A stretch of DNA of 62,258 nucleotides from a virus (taxonomy: Duplodnaviria; Caudoviricetes): IMG/VR virus record IMGVR_UViG_3300035701_000028, positions 1-62,258 of that record; one strand, written 5' to 3'. Below are positions 8,710-18,152 of this stretch, piece after piece. The stretch's first letter is position 1. Every line of letters starts with the position of its first letter. The notes beneath the pieces were generated by a model. That model was not told the origin of the DNA, did no database searches, and saw only the letters and a program-made list of their open reading frames with translations. The translations under genes were made by a program, and so were the position numbers.

Positions 8710-9397
8710 TTTTGGTGAAGGCGGGCTGGCTTCTGTTCGAGTCATGACCAAGCAAGTGCAAGTCCACTTCAAAGAGAGCGGAACCAACTACAACGTCGAT
8801 CGTGAGAATGCTCCCAAGTGGCTGAAGAAGAACTTCGATGGGGTCTACGTTCGCATGAGTTCGCTGGGCGACAGGATCAAGACCGTCCGCCCATGGCGCG
8901 GGCAGGAGACAGTCGAGTTCGTCGGGTTCTACAAGGAGACAGACGCGAAGTTCCCGGAGCCTGAACTGCGCGAAGCAAGCTCGGGCCGCAAGATTCTTCC
9001 GGGCGGAAGGGTCTCGAAGTTTACCATCCCTCAGCACCATGAATGCAGCGCTGTCCTGAAGATCATCGGCGGCGAGTTCGACGGAGCCTCCTTCTCATGG
9101 TACATGAATTACGAGATCGAGCGCGACCCCGATGATGGCACGTCCGTTTGGTGTGGGGCAAAGAACACTCTGCGCCGCATCGAGGAGTTCAATACATCCT
9201 TCGGGTTGGATGAGGACGAGAAGGTTCCATACTCGCCCAACATCCTGCCCGATTGGGAGAAGATGATCTTCAAGAAGAACAGACTGGCGACCATTCTCTT
9301 CGATGAGGGCAAGCCGGGTACGCTTGTCCGGGCCGCACCTGGGGTCAAGAAACCCCGCAAGACTACAGCCAAGAAGAGTACCAAGAAAGTCAAGTAA
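8687..9397 (+). CDS. Hypothetical DNA-binding protein with Lys-rich tail (SSB-like position)
   Basis: GGAGGG RBS; beta-rich; lies in the replication module. Confidence 0.6.
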   Translation: MSYRLKSNFGEGGLASVRVMTKQVQVHFKESGTNYNVDRENAPKWLKKNFDGVYVRMSSLGDRIKTVRPWRGQETVEFVGFYKETDAKFPEPELREASSGRKILPGGRVSKFTIPQHHECSAVLKIIGGEFDGASFSWYMNYEIERDPDDGTSVWCGAKNTLRRIEEFNTSFGLDEDEKVPYSPNILPDWEKMIFKKNRLATILFDEGKPGTLVRAAPGVKKPRKTTAKKSTKKVK

Positions 9398-9406
9398 CCG
9401 TTACTT
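9392..9406. promoter_or_regulatory. 15-bp palindromic site, copy 2 (AAGTAACCGTTACTT)
   Basis: Overlaps the stop codon of the upstream gene. Confidence 0.8.
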
Positions 9407-9489
9407 TACAGTGGGCGTGTCCAGTGAACAATATACCCGACCATCGGCACATAGCAGGCGAGGGATGCCGAGCGCCCAAAGGAGGCCCA

Positions 9490-9969
9490 ATGCGCACAGT
9501 AGGAGAAGTCGCAGCATTCTATCAGGGGGCGAAGGACAGGGATATGTTCGGCTTCATTGCCGGGATTCTCGTTCCCTTCCTTCCCTTCGATCTCGCCCGC
9601 CCGTTTCTGGAGGCGGGTAGCACAAAGGAAGAGTGGGAAAGAGATGGGGTTCCTTACCCTCTCGTCCGTGAATTCATCCTGGAGCAACTCAAGGACTACA
9701 TGGACTTCGCCTGGGAGAAGGCCGAAGATCATCGCGGGCTGAGTGCGCTGCGCTCTCACGAGAAGATGAAGGCATGGCTGTGGCTGCTGGAGGATGAAGA
9801 GACGCTCCGTTTTGCTGCTACCGACAAGAACTACAATCCTTACGGAGCACCCATCCTAGCTGCAATCTCTAAGAAGTACGGCTTCCCGATCCCTGAAGGA
9901 AAGCGAATAGCAAATATGATCGCGGGTAAGCCCTGCCAACCAGGTTGTTTGGAAGGGTGCGAGTCATGA
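9490..9969 (+). CDS. Conserved phage hypothetical protein
   Basis: AAAGGAGG RBS; YMDFAWEKAEDHRGLSALRS. Confidence 0.7.
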   Translation: MRTVGEVAAFYQGAKDRDMFGFIAGILVPFLPFDLARPFLEAGSTKEEWERDGVPYPLVREFILEQLKDYMDFAWEKAEDHRGLSALRSHEKMKAWLWLLEDEETLRFAATDKNYNPYGAPILAAISKKYGFPIPEGKRIANMIAGKPCQPGCLEGCES

Positions 9970-10817
9970 CGCTGCTCGACGACATCGAGCCGTGGGTCGT
10001 CGGCCACTACACAGGCTACGTCTCACTGCGCTGCCCCTTCCATGAGGATGAGACGCCTTCGCTCCTGGCTTACGAGTCCGGGCGCTTCAAGTGCATGGCA
10101 TGTGGAGAGAAGGGCCAGCTTCCCTACCTCATCGCTCGATTGCAGGGTGTCGATCCTGATACAGTCAAGAAGACAGAACCCAAACGATCCATCTTCCTAC
10201 CTCCGATGGATGATTGGGAGGCTATCAACGAATTGTCATTCGATGCCCACCGTGTTCTGCTTGACTATAAGCCAAGTCAAACATGGCTCAAGGAGCGGGG
10301 CGTCGCATCGCTCATTGATCCCTGCTGCCTTGGAATCTACGAGGGCTGGTACACCATTCCCATCTGGAACTACCCGGAGGAACAGATCGGGGGCTTGATG
10401 CTGCGGGCAGGGCCGTCGATCAAGAAGGAGCCACGCTTCATTCACCCGGACGGCATGAAGTCCATGCCGTACTATCCATTACCTGAATGTAAAATAGACA
10501 AAGGTGCAAAGCTGTTCATAGTTTACGGATTGTTTGATGCCCTCACACTGGCCGCTTTGGGGTATCATGTAGTCACCCCTACGATGGGCAAGGATTCATT
10601 CCAAGCCGCATGGCTGGATGGCATCCGCAAGCCCATCATCATTCTTCCAGATCAAGGAGAGGAGGAAACAGCAGAGAAACTCGCGGCCCAATTAGATTGG
10701 CGTGGCCGCGTGTGGCGTCTCGTCTACCCTGAAGGAATCAAAGACCCCAACGACTTCCTTTGGAAAGGACAGAAGAAGCTACTCGTTCGCCAACTCAACT
10801 ACGCTCTCACGCACTAG
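9966..10817 (+). CDS. DnaG-like primase (CHC2 Zn finger + TOPRIM, atypical active site)
   Basis: CPFHEDETPS..CMAC; IVYGLFDAL; KDPND. Confidence 0.8.
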   Translation: MTLLDDIEPWVVGHYTGYVSLRCPFHEDETPSLLAYESGRFKCMACGEKGQLPYLIARLQGVDPDTVKKTEPKRSIFLPPMDDWEAINELSFDAHRVLLDYKPSQTWLKERGVASLIDPCCLGIYEGWYTIPIWNYPEEQIGGLMLRAGPSIKKEPRFIHPDGMKSMPYYPLPECKIDKGAKLFIVYGLFDALTLAALGYHVVTPTMGKDSFQAAWLDGIRKPIIILPDQGEEETAEKLAAQLDWRGRVWRLVYPEGIKDPNDFLWKGQKKLLVRQLNYALTH

Positions 10818-10825
10818 GAGGCATT

Positions 10826-11980
10826 ATGGATCGTCAGGGAATCAGCGAAGTCTGTACCGGGCTCGTCCTAACAGAACAGAAAGACCCTAATGCGTTCAGT
10901 CTGAAGTATCTGGCCTACCCCTACAATGAGATCATGCGTGCGGCGCGGGATGGAAAGGATGAAACATGGATGATGATGAAGTACGGCCATGCTCCAGTTC
11001 AATCGGCCCTCTCTGCGGCCAAGGGCTTGAACGGCACGGCCCAGCGCATCGATTGGGGCGAGGCGCTGCGCGTTGCATTCATCCGGGGCGAGGTTGGGGG
11101 GAAGCTGAAGAAGCCCGTCGAGAAACTCATTCGCGGCGAGGATGTGGACAGCAACGAATTACGCAGCGCGATCTCGCTGCTCGAAACAGAACGCGAACCC
11201 ATCGCAACAGCGGCAGACACCGAAGCGGTCAAGGTAGTTTGGGACAAGTCGGACTACCCGCCCTTCGATCAGATTCTTGGGGGCTATGCCAAGTCTGCGC
11301 TGACGACGATTGGTGGATTTCCTGGGACTGGAAAGACCACGCTGCTTGCGAAGCTGGCTGCGAACCGAGCCAAGATCGGAGGCAAGGTGCTGGTCTTCAG
11401 CATGGACGTAACACCTGCCGAGTTCGTCTACCGTATGGATCAGGTCGCTCCACTCTCCAAGACCAAGAAGAAGAACATCCTCTTGGTAGGGGACATCGGC
11501 CCGGTCGGGGAGGTCTATGCCACTGCATCCAAGGTCTCGGCCAGCGAAGACATCTCTCTGATCGGGATCGACTACATGGATATGATGATCCAGGGGGAAG
11601 CGGACGAAGGCAAGGTCGAAGAAATCTATCGGACACTGAAGATTCTCGCCAACCGCACCGAGATACCCATCGTCATGTACGCCCAATTCAACTTCGAGGC
11701 ATACAAGCTGGGCATTCCTCGGGTCAATCATCTGCGGCATTCCAGGATGGCCGAGGCCCATAGCGCCGTCATCCTGCTGATCTACAATCCATTCAAGATT
11801 TGGGCCGCAACGGTGGAGGACAAGCGGCTGCGCGCAGTGGAAGGGACAGCCTACATCATCGTCGGCAAGTCCCGCTGGGGTACAAAGAAGGGAGGCATCG
11901 GTGGTATCCAAATCGACTTCGATGGCAAAGAGGGGTGGGGGGATGAAGTCAAAGGTTGGTTCCCGCTCGACTCGGCGTAG
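10826..11980 (+). CDS. dnaB: DnaB-like replicative helicase
   Basis: GFPGTGKT, IDYM, AQFN, KSRWG; AGGAGG RBS. Confidence 0.8.
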   Translation: MDRQGISEVCTGLVLTEQKDPNAFSLKYLAYPYNEIMRAARDGKDETWMMMKYGHAPVQSALSAAKGLNGTAQRIDWGEALRVAFIRGEVGGKLKKPVEKLIRGEDVDSNELRSAISLLETEREPIATAADTEAVKVVWDKSDYPPFDQILGGYAKSALTTIGGFPGTGKTTLLAKLAANRAKIGGKVLVFSMDVTPAEFVYRMDQVAPLSKTKKKNILLVGDIGPVGEVYATASKVSASEDISLIGIDYMDMMIQGEADEGKVEEIYRTLKILANRTEIPIVMYAQFNFEAYKLGIPRVNHLRHSRMAEAHSAVILLIYNPFKIWAATVEDKRLRAVEGTAYIIVGKSRWGTKKGGIGGIQIDFDGKEGWGDEVKGWFPLDSA

Positions 11981-12005
11981 GCTTACAGCCAAGCAGACAG
12001 GTCAC

Positions 12006-12563
12006 ATGCTCGGATCGCTGGGCGTGCCGGGCCGACCGAAGGATGACTTCTATCATACGCCCGAGATCGCGACCGAGAAGCTATTGGAGGTCGAGGAATT
12101 CCGGAGCGTCATTTGGGAGCCTGCCTGTGGATCGGGTGGGATCGGAAAGGTTCTCCAGGCAGAGGGTCATCGAGTCCATGCGACCGATCTATACCCGCGC
12201 GGGTATGGAAGCAAGAGGCCCCAAGACTTCCTGAAGACCTTGCCTCCTCCCCTCGTCAATAGCATCGTCACCAACCCGCCCTATAGCCTAGCGTTCGAGT
12301 TCGTCGAACACGCGACGGATGCAATGCGGAAGCGGGATGGGAAGGTCGCCATGCTACTGCGTCTCGCATGGCTAGAGGGCAAGAAGAGGAAGGCACTCTT
12401 CAAGAAGACTCATCTCTCGCGCGTCTATGTCTTCTCGTCCCGCCTGCCTCGGATGCACCGTCCCAATTGGACGGGCAAGAAGTCGAGCAGCATGATCGCT
12501 TTCGCTTGGTTTGTCTGGGACTACACCAAGCGCCACCGGGGGACGCAAATCAAATGGCTATGA
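12006..12563 (+). CDS. DNA N6-adenine methyltransferase
   Basis: DFYHTP, EPACGSG, TNPPY; start may be upstream at 11943. Confidence 0.85.
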   Translation: MLGSLGVPGRPKDDFYHTPEIATEKLLEVEEFRSVIWEPACGSGGIGKVLQAEGHRVHATDLYPRGYGSKRPQDFLKTLPPPLVNSIVTNPPYSLAFEFVEHATDAMRKRDGKVAMLLRLAWLEGKKRKALFKKTHLSRVYVFSSRLPRMHRPNWTGKKSSSMIAFAWFVWDYTKRHRGTQIKWL

Positions 12564-14209
12564 AACTCATCCCCGGCCTTCCCACTCGGGACGCACGCAA
12601 GGGCGAACTCATTGGCGTAGACTTGGAGATGTTCGGCCAGGTCGAGCATCGCCTCCATCGTCCACATGGAACCTTCGCCCTTCTCAGCATCGCGATGGGC
12701 GATAACATATTCCAGATCGATAACTCTCACGATGTTAGGGAGGCGCTGAAGCGCATCAAGGCAGGGACGTGGGCCTTCCACAATGCGCTGTACGACATCC
12801 GTCAGTTGCGTCCCTTCGTGTCCATCTACGAGCGCGCGATCTGGGACACGATGCTGGCCGAGCAATCCATGTGGGGCGGCTTCTACAAGAACTACGCTTT
12901 GGATGCCCTCTCCCTGCGCTATCTTCATCGCTTCATGGAGAAGAAGTACCAGAAGGAATTCGCTGCCCGCACGACAGCCTCCCCTGCCATGCGCCGCTAC
13001 GCTGCGCTGGACGCATGGACAACCCTCCGGATCGCTGAGATGCAGAAGGACATGGAAGGACTGGAGTCCTATCGGCGGGTTGACCTACCGATGATCTGGC
13101 CCGTTATGGAAATGCCCGGTATACGCATCGACATCAAGAAGTGGCTGGAATTGGCCGAGACCTTCAAGAAAAAGGCGATCGCGATTCGAGAAGAACTTGG
13201 CTTCAATCCTGGCTCACCAGATCAGGTCAAGGAATTTGTCTGGAAGAAGGCGAAGATACATCTGGAGAATGCGCAGGAGGAAACCCTGCTCGTTTACGAG
13301 GGCAATCCGGTCATCGACGCCATCCTCGACTACAAGACCTACGCCACGGCTGCGTCCCGATGGGGAGCCAAGTGGATCGAGACCTTCGTCGAAGAGGATG
13401 GCCTTGTCTACCCGGACATTCACATCAATGGGACAGAGACCGGACGCTTCGCCTATCGCAACCCGAACATGCAGCAAGTCCCCAAGCGCAAGGAAGAGAT
13501 GAAGGCGTATCGAGAGTGCATCATCGCCAGCCCTGGTCGCGTCTTGCTCATGTCGGACGCCAACCAACAGGAGCCGCGCATCATGGCTTACCTGAGCGGC
13601 GACACCGAACTCATCGGCATCTTCAAGCGCAAGGAGGACATCCACTTGGCAGTTGCTCGGCTCATCTTCCACGCACCCAAGATGACTAAGAGCGACAAGC
13701 GCAGATTGATCGGGAAGACGATCAACCTGGGGACATCCTACGGGCTCTCCGCCTATGGGCTGGCGCTACGTCTCGGAATCGAACAGGACGATGCCCAGGA
13801 ATTCCTCGATACCTACTTCAAGCGCTTCCGAGGCGTCAAGACCTGGATCAATCTGAGTCGGGCGCACGCATGGAAGGACGGCTACATCAAGTCCGGGCTG
13901 GGCCGGAAGGTGTGGATCAATCCCTACAGCCGACAGTGGGAGAACAACGCCAACAACGCGCCCATCCAATCGACGGCGGCGGAGATGACCAAGCTGGCGA
14001 TCCTGCACATCTACCACCAAGAAAAGCAGGAGTTCTATGTCAACCTCCAAGTCCATGACGAGATCGACTGCGACGTACCCAAGATGTTTGTTCCATACTA
14101 CAGGAAGATCGTCCGGGAGGCATGGATGGCAGCGTCCAAGGAACTGATCCCGACTGTTCCTTTCAGCGTAGACCTGACAACCGGAACCCGATGGAGCGAA
14201 AAGGAGTAG
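12560..14209 (+). CDS. polA: DNA polymerase family A with 3'-5' exonuclease
   Basis: Exo motifs DLE/HNALYD/YAALD; TGRF..PNMQQ; motif A DANQQEPR; motif B KTINLGTSYG; motif C VHDE. Confidence 0.95.
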   Translation: MKLIPGLPTRDARKGELIGVDLEMFGQVEHRLHRPHGTFALLSIAMGDNIFQIDNSHDVREALKRIKAGTWAFHNALYDIRQLRPFVSIYERAIWDTMLAEQSMWGGFYKNYALDALSLRYLHRFMEKKYQKEFAARTTASPAMRRYAALDAWTTLRIAEMQKDMEGLESYRRVDLPMIWPVMEMPGIRIDIKKWLELAETFKKKAIAIREELGFNPGSPDQVKEFVWKKAKIHLENAQEETLLVYEGNPVIDAILDYKTYATAASRWGAKWIETFVEEDGLVYPDIHINGTETGRFAYRNPNMQQVPKRKEEMKAYRECIIASPGRVLLMSDANQQEPRIMAYLSGDTELIGIFKRKEDIHLAVARLIFHAPKMTKSDKRRLIGKTINLGTSYGLSAYGLALRLGIEQDDAQEFLDTYFKRFRGVKTWINLSRAHAWKDGYIKSGLGRKVWINPYSRQWENNANNAPIQSTAAEMTKLAILHIYHQEKQEFYVNLQVHDEIDCDVPKMFVPYYRKIVREAWMAASKELIPTVPFSVDLTTGTRWSEKE

Positions 14210-14211
14210 AC

Positions 14212-14556
14212 ATGCCCGACCAACCGAAGCCGTTGGAACATACCTGCCGCGAAGCCCATTACATACTGGACTGTGAGGTGATGGAGACGGACGATGGCCC
14301 GCCTCAGCCCCGCCAGTCTGTGTTTCTGGAATGCCCGACAGAGGGGTGCGCTTTCTTCCTCCGCGACGGCGACATCATCAGATACATTTGGGCCATCGAA
14401 CGCTCGAACGCGGCGCTGAGGGATGTGCGCGCCAGAGCGAGTGCTGCGTACAACTACTGGGCCGGAAGGGATGAGGCCTTAGGGCAACGCATGGCCGAGT
14501 TGCGAGAGGCGCTTGAGAAGTCGAAAGTTGACGCGCCGTATCCAGGAGGGACATGA
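14212..14556 (+). CDS. Hypothetical protein
   Basis: AAGGAG RBS; coupled chain. Confidence 0.6.
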   Translation: MPDQPKPLEHTCREAHYILDCEVMETDDGPPQPRQSVFLECPTEGCAFFLRDGDIIRYIWAIERSNAALRDVRARASAAYNYWAGRDEALGQRMAELREALEKSKVDAPYPGGT

Positions 14557-14888
14557 TGGACGCGAAGCCGTTGAGCATAGTTCCAAAAGCAACGCGAGAT
14601 CAGTGGCGCGTAGAGGCCGAAGCAACAATGATGATCTCTGCTCTTGGGGAGTACACACCGCTTGAATTCACCGAGCTACTTGATACTTGCGACGCCATCG
14701 AAGCGCGGGTGGCGGAGGCGCAACTCGCGCGCGATGTTCTCTGGTGCAAGGCAATTGTCGCTACTCTGGACACAAGACAGATAGAAGCAGTTACGCGCCA
14801 CTTCAACGAGAACAGGCCCGACGCCATGACCGAGGAAACCAAGAGAATGCTGGCCGATTTGCGCAAGGCGGCGGGAGGAGTGAGATGA
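14553..14888 (+). CDS. Hypothetical protein
   Basis: ATGA coupling, AGGAGG RBS. Confidence 0.6.
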   Translation: MMDAKPLSIVPKATRDQWRVEAEATMMISALGEYTPLEFTELLDTCDAIEARVAEAQLARDVLWCKAIVATLDTRQIEAVTRHFNENRPDAMTEETKRMLADLRKAAGGVR

Positions 14889-15190
14889 GCGAGAAGCCGG
14901 TGAGCGAGTGGGACAAACTGATACTAGACTTGGGCGATGCCAATGCCAAAGTCGCCGCCCTCGAACGCTCGAACGCGGAAAGGAAAGACAAACTCGACGC
15001 GGCCAGTGACGTTATATCCGCTCAGGCCAAAACAATCTCGGCTCTGAGGGAGGCGCTGGCGAGAATTCCGGAACATCGCGCCCACCTCGACAGTTGCATT
15101 CGATACCGAAAGGGATTGCTGTTCACCCGCCCCGAGGAATGTGATTGCGGATTGGATGCCGCCCTGCGCCAGACCGCAAAGGAGAAGTGA
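14885..15190 (+). CDS. Hypothetical coiled-coil protein with HxxxC...CxC
   Basis: ATGA coupling, GGAGG RBS. Confidence 0.6.
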   Translation: MSEKPVSEWDKLILDLGDANAKVAALERSNAERKDKLDAASDVISAQAKTISALREALARIPEHRAHLDSCIRYRKGLLFTRPEECDCGLDAALRQTAKEK

Positions 15191-15191
15191 G

Positions 15192-15458
15192 ATGAGCGAC
15201 TCACCGGAACTGCGAGCCATTGCCAGCACCTATCTATCCGAGGGCGCAGAGGTGGCATATCAACTTGCCTTCGAACGGATGCGCGCCCTCGAATCGCGGG
15301 TGGCGGCCATGCGGGAGGCGGGAAAGCGCATTAGGCGTATCGCAGAGCAGGCATGGCCCACAGACGAGACCCGACAAGCACTTGCAGCTTGGCGCAAGGC
15401 GGCGGGAGATTCATTGAATAATGGCAAATCGTATTCAACGGAGGGAGGGGAAAGATGA
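15192..15458 (+). CDS. Hypothetical protein
   Basis: AAGGAG RBS, coupled. Confidence 0.55.
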   Translation: MSDSPELRAIASTYLSEGAEVAYQLAFERMRALESRVAAMREAGKRIRRIAEQAWPTDETRQALAAWRKAAGDSLNNGKSYSTEGGER

Positions 15459-15979
15459 GAGAAGAGTGCCCTCACTGTGGACATAAGCTCGTATCTCCGT
15501 CCGGCCCGATGCAATCCCCGGTGCTGCTGATTGGTGAGTTCCCTGGCGTAGAAGAGATCAGGTATGGCCTTCCCTTCGTCGGCAAGGCGGGCGAAGTCCT
15601 GAAGACAGAGATGGCCGAGTTGGGGTTCGACTACAACTCCTGCCGAGTTACAAACTTGTGGCTGCACATGAAGCCCAAGGATAAGGAGATCGTAAAGAGG
15701 GAACTGGAATGGCACGCAGAGCGCATGTTCGCCGAGATGAAGGGACGCAAGGCGATCCTGCTCATGGGCTCTGAACTCTCGGCCTTCTTCCTTCATGCGC
15801 CGCTTATGGAGAACCTGGGAATCATCATCACCAAGCGTCCCCAACTCTCGAAGTACGCAGCCTTCGTCATGGTCGCGCCCAACCCTGCCCTGCTGTTGCA
15901 GCGGGGGGCTGTGGTGGGGGAGTTCCGGTTCGCATTGGAGTCATTCGTTCGGGAAGTCAAGCGGAGGAAGATACTATGA
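15455..15979 (+). CDS. Uracil-DNA glycosylase family-4-like protein
   Basis: LIGEFPGVEE..GLPFVGKAG, VTN; NPA in place of the HPA motif. Confidence 0.8.
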   Translation: MREECPHCGHKLVSPSGPMQSPVLLIGEFPGVEEIRYGLPFVGKAGEVLKTEMAELGFDYNSCRVTNLWLHMKPKDKEIVKRELEWHAERMFAEMKGRKAILLMGSELSAFFLHAPLMENLGIIITKRPQLSKYAAFVMVAPNPALLLQRGAVVGEFRFALESFVREVKRRKIL

Positions 15980-16665
15980 CTGGTGTTGCATCTGCGATGG
16001 ATCAGGCTCTCTCTGTCAGCTACGACGAGATCGAGATTGCCGCCCAACGCGCCCATGAGATCGCACACAAGGCGCTCGACGATCCCGATATCGCATTCCG
16101 TTACGCCGTCTCTCTGCGTAAGGTCGTCCATCTACAGGGCGTCGAGCTTGCGGCCCTCTTCTTCGAGATGCGTCAGAAGTTCGAGAAGTATGGGTTCGAG
16201 AGTGAGGACGATTTCTACGACACTGCATATGAGAGAACAGGCTATGCGGTCGAGACGCTGCGCAAGTACGCAAATATGTGGGAGAGCGTCTTAGGGCCGG
16301 GGAGCAAGATTCCCAAGAAGACGCGCGCCCAACTTGCTTCTCTTCCGGTGCGTACCCAGCTTCTCCTTACGGGTATGGCGCGCGAGGACAAGATCACCAA
16401 CGAGCAGTGGGAGAAAGTCTCCAAGTCTCCCGACCACCAGACCGTTCGGGAATTCATCCGGAAGGTCAGAGGGCAGCGAACGTCAGCGAGGAACGCGCTG
16501 AACATCAAGCTCTCCCGAGATGGGACGGTCAATGCGTATCAGGGAAACCTCGGCCCCATCGATCTATTCATCCTGGTTCCTAACGATCGAGGAACGAAGG
16601 AAGAAAAGGATATCCGGAAGAGAGGACAGGAACGAGTGCTCAACGCATCGGGGGTTCTACGATGA
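15976..16665 (+). CDS. Hypothetical HTH-like DNA-binding protein
   Basis: Coupled; helical; TGYAVETLRKYANM resembles a recognition helix. Confidence 0.6.
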   Translation: MTGVASAMDQALSVSYDEIEIAAQRAHEIAHKALDDPDIAFRYAVSLRKVVHLQGVELAALFFEMRQKFEKYGFESEDDFYDTAYERTGYAVETLRKYANMWESVLGPGSKIPKKTRAQLASLPVRTQLLLTGMAREDKITNEQWEKVSKSPDHQTVREFIRKVRGQRTSARNALNIKLSRDGTVNAYQGNLGPIDLFILVPNDRGTKEEKDIRKRGQERVLNASGVLR

Positions 16666-17003
16666 GAGACTGCTCCAAGTTTGCGATGGATGCCTACTAC
16701 GGACGACACTTCAATCAGTGGATCGAGAAGATATGGCCCCTGATCCGTCATACCGTCCCGCCCGAGCTTCGCTACCGTACACTCACGGCCATGCGTGCCA
16801 AGCTCCAAGAGGCCAGCCGGATAGCAGATGGGCAAGGCATATCGGACGCGAGTCTCGCCAAGGTAGTTATCAATGACACAACCCATCCGAGTCAAGCCAG
16901 TTCCTTCCTGTCCCGAGTGCGAAGAGCCTATGGTACTTCGCTATCCAAGGCCAAGAGATTCATGGCCCGCATTCTGGGGATGCTCCGACTACCCAAGGTG
17001 TAG
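16662..17003 (+). CDS. Hypothetical protein
   Basis: ATGA coupling; 3' part overlaps the next ORF. Confidence 0.45.
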   Translation: MRDCSKFAMDAYYGRHFNQWIEKIWPLIRHTVPPELRYRTLTAMRAKLQEASRIADGQGISDASLAKVVINDTTHPSQASSFLSRVRRAYGTSLSKAKRFMARILGMLRLPKV

Positions 17004-17085
17004 GGGGTCGCGCAAGATACTCCCTAATGGAGAGCCGGAAGATGATGAAGACGATGCACAGATCGGCGAGATATGGGAGACCTAA
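16873..17085 (+). CDS. Stand-alone topoisomerase C4 zinc-ribbon protein
   Basis: CPEC..PMVLR...FWGCSDYPRC. Confidence 0.75.
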   Translation: MTQPIRVKPVPSCPECEEPMVLRYPRPRDSWPAFWGCSDYPRCRGSRKILPNGEPEDDEDDAQIGEIWET

Positions 17086-17087
17086 CC

Positions 17088-18152
17088 ATGCCAGTTGAAA
17101 TCGAAAGCGATGAGGGCGAGATTACCCGATCCGTCTCTGGGCTCTGGTCGCTCGACTTAGCCTTGGCAAATCAGAAAGACATCGGCCTTCCCTTACGCGC
17201 AGCCTACATGATCTATGGCTACGAGCACACAGGGAAGTCCACCCTCTCTTACTTCCTCGCGTCAAAGGTTCGGGCGCAGGGAGAAATAGATGTGGTTGAC
17301 CTAGAGGGACTAGACAAAACCTATGTCAAGAGAGTCATCGGTGCGGGGGGCTTCGATGGCAAGGTCAAGATTCTTCCAATGATCGACAAGGAAACAGGCA
17401 AGCTACGAATGGACGCCGAGATGCTCGAAGAACTTGCGGATCGGATGCTTGAGATAGAGAACTTATCGGCGGGCGTCTTCGACTCCATCTCTTCTTTCGC
17501 ATCAACCCAAGAACGCGAAGGAGAATTGGGGGAGGCATTCATGGGACGGAGGGCCTTCGATCTGGGACAGTTCTATCGCCGGGTCATGCGTCCTCTTCGC
17601 GCGTCCGAGAAACCCAAGGCCCTGTTCGTTGTCAATCACAAGTTTCAGGTCATGGGAGGAATGGGCCATACCACAGCGGGCGGGCAGACCCCCCGCAATC
17701 TATCCGCTGTCATCCTGCACATCCAGCGCGATTCACTTGATGAGCTTCCGGATGGACGAAGCGTTCTCATCAGCCGGGGCGAAGTCAAGAAGCTGCGCTT
17801 CGGAGGGCCGGGTCGCACCTTCCGTTTCGCAATCGTCCCCGACGTGGGCATTCACCTGGGCCTGACTGCCATGTACGACTGCATCGAGGAGAAGCTGGCC
17901 GAACGGGGGACGACACTCAAGCTCAAGGGAAAGAGTCTGGGACGCATCAGCAAACTCTTCGAGTCCGCAGTAGAGGGGAAGGAATCCACCTTCGAGCCAT
18001 TCCTTGAGGTACTAGCCAAACACACGAAAGGACTGATCCAATGCCGAGACGAAAAGGAACCGTCATCCACACCCAAGAAAAGTACCTCTCGCAGTCGGGG
18101 ATCGCGACGTACTTCGCGTGCCCGCGCAAGTTCCTCTTCTACCAAAGGATGA
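17088..18152 (+). CDS. RecA/UvsX-like recombinase
   Basis: SGLWSLDLAL, GYEHTGKS, DLEG, FDSIS. Confidence 0.85.
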   Translation: MPVEIESDEGEITRSVSGLWSLDLALANQKDIGLPLRAAYMIYGYEHTGKSTLSYFLASKVRAQGEIDVVDLEGLDKTYVKRVIGAGGFDGKVKILPMIDKETGKLRMDAEMLEELADRMLEIENLSAGVFDSISSFASTQEREGELGEAFMGRRAFDLGQFYRRVMRPLRASEKPKALFVVNHKFQVMGGMGHTTAGGQTPRNLSAVILHIQRDSLDELPDGRSVLISRGEVKKLRFGGPGRTFRFAIVPDVGIHLGLTAMYDCIEEKLAERGTTLKLKGKSLGRISKLFESAVEGKESTFEPFLEVLAKHTKGLIQCRDEKEPSSTPKKSTSRSRGSRRTSRARASSSSTKG

